NCBI RefSeq assembly: GCF_036321535.1
Contig: NC_087437.1
Span: 55,182,001 to 55,246,000, forward strand
Source: Camelus dromedarius
Lineage: Eukaryota
Length of the DNA: 64,000 nt
Reading direction: 5' to 3'
A program made the position numbers and the translations under genes. Below are positions 49,581 to 61,889 of this stretch, piece after piece; positions within the stretch are counted from its first letter, which is position 1, and every line of letters begins with the position of its first letter. The notes below the pieces were generated by a model, which had not been told where the DNA came from, did no database searches, and was given only the letters and a program-made list of their open reading frames with translations.

Positions 49581-52252
49581 AAAGAAGAACTCATACCAGT
49601 CCTTCTCAAACTCTTCCAGAAGATTGAAAAAGAGGGAATACTCCCAAACTCATTCTATGAAGCCACCATCATCCTGATACCAAAACCAGGCTAAGACACC
49701 ACCAAAAAGTAGAATTACAGACCAATATCACTGATGAATATAGATGCAAAAATCCTTACCAAAATACTAGCAAATAGAATCCAACAGCACATAAAGAAGG
49801 TTATACATCATGACCCAGTGGGGTTCACCCCAGGGACACAAGGGTGGTTCAACATACGCAAATCAATCAATGGAATACATCACATCAACAAGAGAAAGGA
49901 CAAAAACCTCATGATCATCTCAATAGATGCAGAAAAAAACTTTTGATAAAATTCAACACCCATTTATGATAAAAACTCTCACCAAAGTGGGTATAGAGGG
50001 AACATATCTCAATATCATAAAAGCTATATATGACAAACCTACAACCAACATAGTACTCAATGGTGAAAAACTCAAAAGTGTCCCACTAAAATCTGGGACA
50101 AGACAAGGATGCCCACTATCACTACTCCTATTCAACATAGTCTTGGAAGTCCTAGCCACAGCAATCAGGCAAGAGAGAAATAAAAGGGATCCAAATTGGA
50201 AAAGAAGAGGTAAAAGTGTCACTATATGCAGATGACATGATACTATATATAGAAAACCCTAAAAGATCCACACAAAAACTACTAGAAATAATCAAAGAAT
50301 TCAGCAAGGTAGTAGGTTAGAAGATTAACGTTCAAAAATCAGTTGTATTTCTTTACACTAATGATGAATCAACAGAAAAAGAAAGTAGACAAACAATCCC
50401 CTTTAAAATCGCACCCAAAGTAAAAATACCTAGGAGTAAATCTAACCAAGGAGGTGACAGACTTATACACAGAAAACTATAAAACACTGATTAAGAAAAT
50501 TAAAGAAGACTTAAAAAAATGGAAAGATATCCCATGCTCCTGGATTGGAAGAATCAATATTGTTAAAATGATCATACTGCCATTTAACTGTCAAAAGGTA
50601 ATCTACAGATTTAATGTAATCCCTATCAAATTACCCAGGCGATATTTCACAGAACTAGAACAAATCATAATAAAATTTATATGGAACCACAAAAGACCTA
50701 GAATTGCCAAAGCATTACTTAAGAAAATGAAAGAGGCTGGAGGATTCCCCCAGACTTCAGACAATACTACAGAGCTACAGTAATCAAGACAGCATGGTAT
50801 TGGTACAAAAACAGACCTGTGGACCAACGAAGCAGAATAGAAAGCCCAGAAATGAACCCACAAGGTTTTGGTCAACTAATCTTTGACAAAGGAGACAAGA
50901 ATAAATGATGGAATAAAGACAGTCTCTTCAGCAAATGGTGTTGGGAAAACTGGACAGCAGCATGTAAAGCAATGAAGCTAGAACACTCCCTTACCTTACA
51001 CCATACACAAAAATATACTCAAAATGCGTCAAAGACTTAAACATAAGACAAGATACAGTAAGCCTCCTGGAAGAAAATATAGGCAAAACATTATCTGACA
51101 TACATCTCAAAAAATGCTCCCCTAGGGCAGTCTACTCAAGCAATAGAAATAAAAGCAAGAATAAACAAATGGGACCTAATTAAACTTACAAGCTTCTGCA
51201 CAGCAAAGGAAACCATAAATAAAACAAAATGACAACCTACAGAATGGGAGAAAATTTTTGCAAATGAAACCGACAGAGGCTTGATCTCCAGAATATATAA
51301 GCAGCTTATACGACTTAATAGGAAAAAAACCAACAACCCAACCCAAAAATGGGCAGAGGACATAAACAAGCAATTCTCCAAGGAACAAATACAAATAATC
51401 AATAGGCATATGAAAAAATGCTCAATATCACTAATTATCAGAGAAATGCAAATCAAAACTACAATGAGGTATCACCTCACACCAGTCAGAATGGCCATCA
51501 TTCGAAAGTCCACAAATGACAAATGCTGGAGAGACTGTGGAGATGGGAATGCAGTTTGGTGCAGCCACTGTGGAAAACAGTACGGAGATTCCTCAAAAGA
51601 CTAGGAATAGACTTACTGTATGACCCAGGAAACCCGCTCCTGGGCTTATATCTAGAAAGAACCCTACTTCAAAATGACACCTGCACCCCAATGTTCATAG
51701 CAGCACTATTTACAATAGCCAAGACATGGAAACAGCCTAAACGTCCATCAACAGATGAGTGGATAAAGAAGAGGTGGTATATTTATACAATGGAATACTA
51801 TTCAGCCATAAAAACCGACAACAAAATGCCATTTGCAGCAACATGGATGTTCCTGGAGAATGTCGTTCTAAGTGAAGTAAGCCATAAAGAGAGAAAAATA
51901 CCATATGAGATTGCTCATATGTGGAATCTGAAAAAAAAAAAACCATAAATACAAAACAGAAACAGACTCATAGACATAGAATACAAACTTGTGGTTGCCA
52001 GGGGAATGGGAAGTGGGAAGGGACAGACTGGTATTTCAAAATGTAGAAAAGATAAACAAGATTGTACTGTGTAGCACAGGGAAATATATACAGGATCTTG
52101 TGGTGGCCCACAGTGAAAGAGTACGTGACAATGAATGTCTGTATGTTCATGTATAACTGAAAAATTGTGCTGTACACTAGAATTTGATACAACATTGTAA
52201 AATGACTATAACTCAATAAAAAAGTTTAAAATAAATAAATAAATAAAAAAAA
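49581..52252 (+). mobile_element. Young camelid-type L1, 5'-truncated (about 2.7 kb): RT and C-terminal ORF2 with frameshifts, 3'UTR and A-rich tail
   Basis: ORF track gives [49 protein letters not shown] and CTPMFIAALFTIAKTWKQP. YADD at 50225-50236. TSD gttctatatatg (49569-49580) / gttctatgtatg (52257-52268). Confidence 0.97.
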
Positions 52253-52429
52253 GTAAGTTCTATGTATGGACACTTAGGCCAGAAACTGGAGGTGTTTTCT
52301 GAGGTTTCCAATTAGCTGTGGGATAACATCTCCACACTCCTAGTCTAAAGACATTGCTGCTGGAGTAGACTGCTTTACCTCTGGTAACATCTCACATCCC
52401 ATCTTCTTTCTAAAAACATTCTAATGTTC

Positions 52430-52570
52430 CCTACTTGGGTTGGGATCCCCAAAGCAGACTTAGTGGCAAGAGTTCAGTTTTAAAGAATTAAAGTTTTAAG
52501 GACGTATTCCCAGGAGCAACTAGAAGGACCTAGAGAAAGTGGGACCCAGAAGGAGAGGGGGCCAAGCAGG
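52430..52570 (-). mobile_element. LTR16-like fragment
   Basis: ttgggttgggatccccaaagcagact...caagagttcag...ttcccaggagca. Confidence 0.45.
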
Positions 52571-54488
52571 GTACTTCGCACCCACTCCCACTGCGGTAAT
52601 ACCAGAGGTATTGCTGTCCTTTCTCCCTCGTGCGGATGCAGCTCCTTCTCGGCAGAGGGCTGGGCCCAGTAAATAGGTCTCAGTAAATGTTGAGCACATG
52701 AACAACTAGAGCACCAAGCCTCCTTCCAGTTGAAGTAATCTCTCTTTCTTATGTGATGACATAATTTCCTTTGAATCATAATTATTTATATGCATGTGCC
52801 AAATCTACTGCTGGTTTACAAGTTCCTTGAGATCAAGAATAATGTTGACTTCGTGATGAAGCTTACTATGGGATTTTGAACATGATGGCGCCCAGACATT
52901 CCTAACTGAAACGGTTGAAACATTCTCTCAGTGCTGACAGATGGACAGCTTGAATGCAGAGTCCTGGACCAGGATGGAATTTTTAGTTTTTATTCTTGTT
53001 CACACCTATTCCTTTGGGGCTACGCCTTCTTGGACTACTAATCAAAATGATGGCAGAACTGTTGGAAAGCATCAATGCCGCATGAATACTGAAGAAGATA
53101 CATAGTCTCAGCTGCCTGAGATTTTCTACCCCCATTCACTCTTTACTCTTCCAACAGCATCTTGAGATTCCCCCTCCCGCCCTACCCAGAGGGATACTTT
53201 TTGAAGAGTAAGGATTAATCACTCTTGCTTCCTCCTTGAAGCATTGCTAAATTAATGGCCTGACATCTCATCTATCATGCTTTCTTTAAACTCTCTAAGG
53301 TCCATTAGGATTGGGGAGTTGCTGGGAGCATAGTACAGGCTGAGTAAGAAAAAATTCCTTGGGAATCAGTGAGTGAATCCAAAAATGTTCCAAGCACAGT
53401 GGCGTTCCAGGCCCCGGGCTTATTACTGTTTGTGCTGCCAGCACGTGATGTATGCTGCAGCCATGAGGGGCTTGCTGGTGTACCATAGCTCTTTGGGTCT
53501 CAATCATTAAAGTAGAAAATATTCCCTCTGGGCTCGACCATGAAAGAGATTTTGGGACTGGAAATGATTTTGTAAACCTGCAGCAATTTTATTTTGTCTA
53601 GACACAAGGTAATAAAATGAAGGAAAATCATCAGAGATGATAATAAGATGACACGTGCAAGAGGATGTGCTCCCTACAGAGCCATGATCACTTTTTACAC
53701 ATTTTGTGGCCTCATTTCTACAGTCCCATCACCTTCTGCAGATTCTTCAACCACACTCCTGTTTGGCCCAAGGAAATACTGTGGACATATCTTTCACTGA
53801 AAAAAGAAATTAAATAAAATGCCAGAAGAATTTGATCTACTGATAGAAGACAAGAGAGGGTTATTCTCATTTCTGAAGCACAGTACATATTTCTATGTGG
53901 GTATTAACAAGAAAATATATGTATGTCAGGAATTTCTTCTGGATCTCCAAAGTGTAATTGAAACTCATTTGGTTTGGGCTACTCATTACCTGGACAGTGA
54001 GTACCCATAGATGGTTGCCCAGAAAGGGGCTTTAGAGATTACCTAATACACCCTCGCCTACACAACCCATACAAGAAGAATGAGGTCTTGAAGATGGCAA
54101 ATGATTTAAATATTTGCTAGAGCCAAGGTTTTAACCTAGCATCCTAAGATCTTTTTACCACCACATATTTTGCCCTCTTTGAGGCCAGCTCTAACCAGTT
54201 TAACTCCTTCTGTGTGATCAAGGAGTGTAATCTTGGGACACAGCAAGTCTCTACAATGTAGTTTGGCTTCAACTGACAGGCAGAAGGTGAAGAACTTAGC
54301 TGTTTTTTAGCATAGCACCAAACACCCAACGTAACTGATTCAATTATGGGGCCCATAGAGCATCCTACTGCATCAACAAATTTAGAAGGGTTAAGGTACC
54401 ATTAGCCTTTTACAGTCTCCACAAATAAGGATCCCCAAGAAAGGTATACATCATGAAACTGTTTTAAGGCAAATAATCCTTAATGCTG

Positions 54489-54512
54489 TTTTTTTTTTTT
54501 TTTTTTTTTTTT
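54489..54512. repeat. Poly(T) tract (24 nt)
   Basis: Uninterrupted T run. Confidence 0.95.
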
Positions 54513-54889
54513 AAAGCTGATACTTTCTTGGGAATACAGTAGGGTGTCTGTAAAGGTGATTTACTCAGGATGTGGCTAACTTACAACAGCTATATTTAAA
54601 ACACATATTCGATCTTTATCCCTGAAGTTAGGGGAAAGATGGATGATTTATGCTCTTGCTGGTCAGGCTGAGTTGGTGAAATGGGCCTCAAAATGTATTA
54701 ACTAGAAGACACACTCAGAGGCTTTGAGAAAGACTCGTATGTACAGAGATCAGTTCATAAGCAAGATTTAGCAAGCTCAGACTGAGGAAGTCTTCTTTAG
54801 ACAATACACCTTCTGTGAGCATATCTAGTTTTGCCCCTCTGAGTATCAGCACCAAGACTCCAAGATCATCAGAATGTTTCAGGGCAGAT

Positions 54890-55069
54890 ATGGACCAGTT
54901 TTGGCTCCATCACTTACTAGCTCTGTGATCTTGGGCAAGTTATTTAACCTCTTCAAGTCTCAGTTTCCTAATATCCAAAATGTGAATAAGGATGTTATCT
55001 AATTCACAGGACTGTTGTGAGGATTACATGACATAGTCCCAAGTGTCTAGCACATATGGAGTTCTCAAC
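54890..55069 (+). mobile_element. MIR SINE
   Basis: cacttactagctctgtgatcttgggcaagttatttaacctct...tctcagtttcct...gttgtgaggatta. Confidence 0.9.
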
Positions 55070-55086
55070 AATAGCAATAAGAAAGA

Positions 55087-55240
55087 GGGGAGAGTATAGC
55101 TGAAGTGGTAGAGCGCATGCTTAGCATGCATGAGGTCCTGAGTTCAATCCCCAGTACCTCCTCTAAAAATAAGTAAACCTAATTACCTCCCTACCAAATA
55201 AAATAATTAAATAATACAGTAATAAATAAATTTAAAAAAT
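55087..55240 (+). mobile_element. tRNA-Ala(AGC)-derived camelid SINE (Vic-1 type)
   Basis: ggggagagtatagctgaagtggtagagcgcatgcttAGCatgcatgaggtcctgagttcaatccccagtacctcc (A/B boxes) plus ctctaaaaataagtaaacctaattacctccc and an A-rich tail. Perfect 14-bp TSD aatagcaataagaa at 55070-55083 and 55266-55279. Confidence 0.92.
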
Positions 55241-55279
55241 AACAGTAGACAAGATCACTGACAGAAATAGCAATAAGAA

Positions 55280-55510
55280 TAAAATTTACTGAGCACTTTT
55301 TATGTGCTAGACATAGTTTTAAGTGCTCTACATGAATAAACTCAGTCAAATACAACAACTCTGTGTCAGAGAAAACATTATTGCTTATTTTACAGATGAG
55401 GAAATTGAGACACAGAGAGGTTATGTAATTTACCTAAGGTTGTACAGCCAGTTGTTGTGTAGCTGGGATTCAAACCTTGACTGTCTGGTTCCAGAGGCTC
55501 TTATGTGTTA
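55280..55510 (-). mobile_element. MIR SINE
   Basis: atttactgagcac...tgtgctagaca...attttacagatgaggaaattgagacacagagaggtta...gggattcaaacc. Confidence 0.9.
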
Positions 55511-58500
55511 CCTCTTCTTAGGACAATATATAAGAACAAATTTGGACAATATGCTAATTGCATGTAGAGTAACTGAGCATTTAACAAGCCTGCACGGAGG
55601 AAGGGAGGTTTTTCCAGCTTCAGGAAGGAGAGGGTCAGAGGAGTTAGTAGGTCAAGAAGAGTTGGATAAGAAAAATATTCCAGGTGCAGTGTATCTTTGT
55701 GGAATATGGGGAGTCTGAGTTGACAGTGCCTGACGTCAGAGTCACAAAATGTAGGAGATAAGGCTTGAGAAGTCTTGAAGGTCATGAAGATCTTGTAATA
55801 TGAAATCTTGGTAAGGAATCAATCTTACCCTGCATTTGAAGAAGAGTCAAGGAGAGGTGAGAGTTGGTGAGAAGGAGAGGCTGGGCTGCAGTCACTCCAT
55901 CTGAACCACCAGATCCAGCCGTGGCTGAGGTTTCCCTGTGAGCTTCCTGGTTACCGAAGTTAACACTTTCATTTGTATGATGGTGCTAGACTGAGTTGGA
56001 TTTCTATCACTTGGGATGTAAAGAATCTTGACAAGACCAATCAGTTCAAAGACTGTATTATTTTAGGTAAGAAAACGTGAAGGCAGGATTTAGATATGAA
56101 CCAAAAGAAGACTACAAATTAGAGAAGTAGTTATTGAGTGTAAGGGGCTGATGGAGCCATGCAGAATTCTTTAGGGGAATTATCTCTCCTCCATCGTGTG
56201 TAGCCTTGAAAGGCAGTTAATCAGAGAGCTCTGCCTTCTTTTGATCAAGAAATAGGTCCATGATAAATGTAGGCAGAGGAGCCCTTTTTTCCCTGTAATT
56301 TGAGTCTTACTAGTAAAACCCAAAAATGGAACAAAAAATGTTTCCTTGTTAATTTATTTCAATAGTGAGACTGATGAGGTTCTCAGGATGTTTCTCCTAC
56401 TGAGACTTCTGGGGTCATCTGTTTATGACCTATCAAATCTGATTCCCTCTCATGCTTCTCACTTTTTCCCATTCCATGAGTGATCTGAAATAAAATTCTT
56501 AAAAAAATTTAGTTAGTCAATTTATTTTGCTCATGTCATGGTCCTAAGGGATATAGAAATTAATCCAGGAAGTGACATGTTACAAGTGACAGACCAAAAG
56601 AAAAAAAAAATGTACAACTGGCTGAGTTGGATGAAAGACAGAGTTCTTTTACTTCTCTGGGAAGTATGCAATACTTTTCATGATGTTGTAGTCTACTTGC
56701 TAAATGTGGCCTCTAGCAAATCTCTATAAGAAAGAGACCAGCTGAGATTAAAGCTGGCCTATTGGTGAAAAGAGAATGACACCTGGACAAGATGAGACAG
56801 ATTTCATTCCTCTTTCCTAAACACAAGTATAAACCCTCTTACATTATTTAAGAGGCAACCAAAAGGAGAACTCTAAAAGGGGGTATGAAAAAGGCAAACT
56901 GGTTTAGGATCCCAGGACTGGAGGAAAAATACAGTGGCAAGATACCATATATTCTTCTCCTCACCAACAAGCACACAAAAACAGAAAAAGGAGACCCAGA
57001 ATTTTGTGACCTCCAACCTGGCAACAGAGGGCAGCCCAGGTAGGCTTCTTCTTTTCTAGATTAAATAGGAGTCTCTCTGACAACATCAGGTGTGCTGAAC
57101 ATCACCAGCAAGAGCGACTGATCTGGAGCAGCTGAAGGAAGTGGGCTTTCTAGCTAGGTTTAAGAATTTCTTCCCCTGCCCAGACACATCAGGGTGTGTG
57201 GGTGGAACCAGGGAAAAAGACTTAGCCAAAAGAAGAGATCTGGCCTGGGGAGCCTCTTCGAACCTGAGAACCCACGATTCCCCTTTCTTGCCCAGAGACG
57301 CTGGGGAGCTGGGGAGCATGGGTAGGGAGATCTTATTGTAAGTGCCTGGACAGGAGAGCCTTTTGGTCTCCACAGGCCTGAAACTCTCCTCTCCTACCAG
57401 GAGACACTCAGTGGACCAGTCTGGTGAAATCCTTCTACCGCCTCAGGCAGCAAACTAGTAGGGACCAATAGAAGCCCCAATAAAATAAAACAAATAATAC
57501 AAACAGACAAAAGTAACATTGAAAGTGCTGTGCAAATTACACTATCATTAGAACTACAGCCCCCAAAGGTAGGGCAGAACCTACCAGCATGCTTAATCTA
57601 AACAAAGTGATAATATAAAAAAATGTAATTAGGTCCTAGATTTCCCTACCAAAGTAGAAACAATGTCTAGAATACAACAGAAAGTACTCATCGTACTTAG
57701 AATTAAAAGAATCACAACATGTATGAGAGAGACAATCAACTGACACCAGCTCTGAGATGAATATGATGTTGGAATTATTTGACAAAGATTTGAAAAGAGT
57801 CACACAAAAATGATTCAATATCAATTACAAATTCTCTTGAAACAAACAAACAAAATGGAAAACTTCAGCAAAGAAATGGAATTTACAAAAAAGAAGTAAA
57901 TGGAAATTACGGAACTGAAAAATAAAAGACATAAAAAAGCTTTATTAGATGAGCTCAACAGGAGCAGGAGAGTGATGGAGAATAGAAATCAGTGAACTTG
58001 AGGAATGATCGAGAGAATTCACCTAATCCGAACAACAAAAAGAAAACAGACCAACTGAAAAAAAGAAAACAAAACAGAGCCTCAAGGGCCTGTATGACAA
58101 TAAAACAAACAAACAAACAAACAAACAAAAAACCAGTCATATCATCAGAGTTCCAGAGAAGAGAAAAAGAGAATGGGGCTGAAAAGAATATTCAAAGAAG
58201 TTATAGCTTAGAACTTTCCAAATTTGGCAAAAACAGAAACTTACAATTTCAAGAAGCTGAGCAAATCACAAAACACAATAAATTCCCCCAAATTCACATC
58301 AAGACAGATCATAATTAAACTTCTGGAAACTAAAAACAAAAATCTCTTGTTTTCAAATTGGCTTCAACATCTCGAAAGCAGCCAGAGAGAAATGAGGCAT
58401 TACTTATGAGGGACAGTAATCTGAATAGCAATAGATTTCTCATATGAAGCCACAGAGGTCAGAACAGAGGCTCCACATTTGTCAAGTGTTCAAAGGGAAC

Positions 58501-59988
58501 GTTGTCAACTGCATATTTTTATCAGGCGAGGCTGTTCTTTAAAAATAAAGAGGAAATTAAGACATTATCTGACGAAGAAAAATTAGGAGAATTTGTTGCT
58601 AGCAGATCCATTCTTTTAAAGACTGGCTAAAGACATTTCTCCAATCAGAAAGGAAATGATAAAAAAAAAGAAAAATCTTAGAGTATTAGGAGGGAAAAAA
58701 AGAGCAAAAATATGAGTACATTCAATAGACTATGTTTCTCCTCATGAGTTTTCTAAATCATAAATTATGATAGAACAAAAATTCTAACATCATCTCAGGA
58801 CAATGATATTTAAAAATGAGGAAGGTTAAGGAACCAAGTGGAAGAAAGTATGCCAAGCCTCACTTGAAGTAGTAAAATGATGCCAGTAGAATGTGATGTG
58901 CCGTATGAGCTTGTTATAATATCCTAAGAAACCCTACAAAAACTATAAAAAGAAATACTCTCAAAAACACTATACATAAATCAAGATGGAATCATAAAAA
59001 ATACTTATGTAAACATAGGAAGGCAAGAAAAGAGAAGCAGAGAAATAACCAGAGAAAACAAACATAAAACAAATAATAAAATGGCAGGATTAAGTACTAG
59101 CGTTATTAAAAATCTCTTTAATGTAATTGGCCTAAATATACCAATCAAGGGCAAAGATTGGCAGAATTAATTACAAAAAAATAAACAACCCAACTATATG
59201 CTGTTTATAAGACGTACACTTCAAATTCAATGACATATCTATATTGAAAGTAAAGGGATGGAAAAAAGACATACTATGCAAACATTTAGCAAAACAAAAC
59301 AAATAGCAGGAGTGGGTATATTAATATCTGATAAAGTGTAAAAAGAGTTAAATTATATATGAAAGGATCAATCTGCCATGAAGACATAATATCCTAAGTG
59401 TGTACACACCAAACCAAAGAACCTCAGAATACACGAAGCAGAAATTGATGGGGATGAAAGGAGAAATAGACAAATCTACGATTCAGGACTTCAACATCTC
59501 CTCTCAGCAACTAATAGAACTCCTGGACAGAAAATCAGAAAGTTTATAAAATATATGAATAACACAATCAACCAACAGCATCTAATTGACATATATTAAA
59601 AAAAAAACTCCACTCAACAGCAGCAGAATAAATTTTTTTCCCAAGGTCCTGTGAAACATTCACCAAGACAGACCATATCCTGGGCCATAAAATAGAATTC
59701 AATACATCGACAAGAATTGAAACCTAACAACATGTGTTCTTTGACCATAATGGAATCAAACTGGAAATAAATATCAGGAAGGCAATAGGAAAATCTCTAA
59801 ATATGCAGTTAAATACTACACTTCTAAATAATTCATTGGTTAAAAGAAAGGAAAATCTCAAAGGAAATTAACAAAATACATAACCAAATTATATTGAAAA
59901 ATATAATACATCAAAACATGTGAGGTGCATCTGAAACAGTCCTTAGAGGAAAATTTATAGCATCAAAATGCTTACATTAGAAACAAGG

Positions 59989-60295
59989 TGTGTCAGGGGT
60001 TCCTAAGACCACCCCAGGTTTGGAGATTCACTGGAAGGACTCATAGGACTCAAGTTGTTATACTCATGATTCCAGTTTGTTTTTATCCCTGGATAGAAGC
60101 AGATTCATCAAAGGGAAAGGTGTATGGGACAAAGTCTGGAGGAAACCAGGTACAAGCTTCGAAGGGTCTTCTCCTGGTGGAGTCATACAGGATGCCCTTA
60201 ACTCCTCCAGGAATGAACTGTGACTGCATACGTGAAATGTTTACCAAGGATACTTGTCTGAGCCTAAAAGTTCAGTTTTCATTAGGTATTGGTAC
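59989..60295 (-). mobile_element. MER21C/MER77-like ERVL LTR fragment within L1
   Basis: tgtcaggggttcctaagaccacc...gattcactggaaggactcataggactca...aagtctggaggaaaccaggtacaagcttc. Confidence 0.75.
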
Positions 60296-60354
60296 TGAAA
60301 ATCACTCCAAAGAGAATGAAACACTTACGTGGATACACTTAACAAAACATGTGT

Positions 60355-60490
60355 TTTTCCCCAGTTTAATTGACATATAAGATTTCTAAGTTTAAGGTGA
60401 AAAACACAATGATTTGATATACGTACATATTGCAAAATGATTACCACAGTAAGTTTAGTTATCATCCATCCCCTCGCATAGTTACAATTC
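60355..60490 (-). mobile_element. L1MA9-like 3' end fragment
   Basis: taattgacatata...aagtttaaggtg...atgatttgatatacgtacatattgcaaaatgattaccacagtaagtttagtta. Confidence 0.8.
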
Positions 60491-61236
60491 TTTAAGAATA
60501 TGAAAATTATAAAATGTTGATGAAGGAAATCAAGTAAGACCTAAATAAATGGAGAGGCATACTGTATTTATGGATTGGATGACTCAACATCTTAAAGATG
60601 CCAGTTCTCCTAAAATGGATCTATAGGTTTAATGGTATTTCTTTCAATATTCCAGGAATGTCTTCTGTAGACATAGACAAGCTTATTGTAAAATTTATAT
60701 GGAAACCCACAGGGTCTAGAATAAGTGAAGGAATTTGAAAAGAAGAATAAAGTGAGAGGAAACACTCTACCTAATATTAAGGCATGTAGCTACGGTAATC
60801 ACGTTAGTGTGGTATTGGTAGAAGCACAGACACCTAGCTCAGTGGTACAGAACTGAGAACTGACCCAAAGCAAGAACTCCAGGTCAGGGAATCCTGGGTA
60901 TTTCTATTCAGCGGCACTGAGCCGAGAAGCATCACCACCAGGTGTGGTTCCCCATTTTCTCCTTTCTCAGATGGAAATTTAAAGCTCATCCTGGACAATT
61001 CAGTTAAATGAGTCAGTAAATTTCATTTTTGCCTAAACAATTTTCAGTTTGGTTTAACGTCATTTGCAATTAATAGATCCTTAATAGGTATTTGTACATC
61101 TACTTTATACTCAGCAGTGTGTAAGTTATATACACGTACATACAGAAGTACAGCCATGTAGAATCATTTATCCACAGGGTGTGTCCACACATCTGCACCG
61201 AGGCACGAACCCATACCTACAAGCACAGCGTGCGTC

Positions 61237-61267
61237 TGCACACACACACGTATACGTGTGCATACAC
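61237..61267. repeat. Alternating purine-pyrimidine tract containing a 16-bp palindrome
   Basis: tgcacacacacacgtatacgtgtgcatacac; CACACGTATACGTGTG at 61245-61260. Confidence 0.9.
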
Positions 61268-61889
61268 TGCCGAAAGAGACAGTCACACAAGTGCAGAAAA
61301 ATTCATTCACGGTGGCATATGTATGTATACATACAGAGATCTCTCTACAAGGAAAACTATGATGAGTCGCTCTCTGCCTCACGCCTTTGGTGTATCCTTA
61401 GCCTCAGGGCATTCACAGGCAGAGATGATGCACTTACTGCAATAAATTGATAAACAGAGCTACACTTTTTTTTAGCTTCAAAAGATGATATGGGATTTTA
61501 ACATAATGAAGGTTTCTAAGGTTCAAAATCTGTTAATTAGGTTGTGTGCTCAATCCAATCCAGCTTTGGTTCCTACGAATACAGTCAGGACCTGGATCTC
61601 CATGAAGGAGTCTCCATGGAGCTGGGTTCAGGCAGGCTGTCAGAGCCTGGTAACATCTCTCTCCTCCTTGGCGTATGCATGAAGAATGAAGCTAAGCCTC
61701 AATTAGTTTAGTAGTAATCAAGGAATGTGAGACATTGGCCATATTGGACCTGATCAGGCAGACTGGATAGCGGTGAAGATGAAGGGGAAAAAAATGAATA
61801 TTTAATTTGAACTTGGATTCTAAAATACATGGAGGAAGAGGCATAATTATGGGCTTATTGCTCAAAGATTTCTCTTCTTTCATCAGTAT

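Larger units (their letters stand above)
56750..60862 (+). mobile_element. Old L1 (L1MC/L1MD-like) retaining the 5' region, ORF1, inter-ORF spacer and ORF2 endonuclease; RT segment missing; interrupted by two insertions
   Basis: ORF1-like sequence at about 57750-58640. ORF2 start near 59080 (aatgtaattggcctaaatataccaatcaa, NVNGLN-like), gaccatatcctgggccataaa and tgaccataatggaatcaaactggaaat (SDHNGIKLEI-like). Resumes near 60495 with post-RT sequence. Confidence 0.85.

Noticed and set aside
49734..51948. Reverse-transcriptase-like ORFs as an active or domesticated gene
   Set aside because: These are fragments of one 5'-truncated L1 ORF2 broken by frameshifts, stops and small deletions; ORF1 and the endonuclease are absent
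55087..55161. Apparent tRNA-Ala(AGC) gene
   Set aside because: It continues into a SINE body and A-rich tail, is flanked by a TSD and has no oligo-T terminator, so it is a SINE head rather than a tRNA gene
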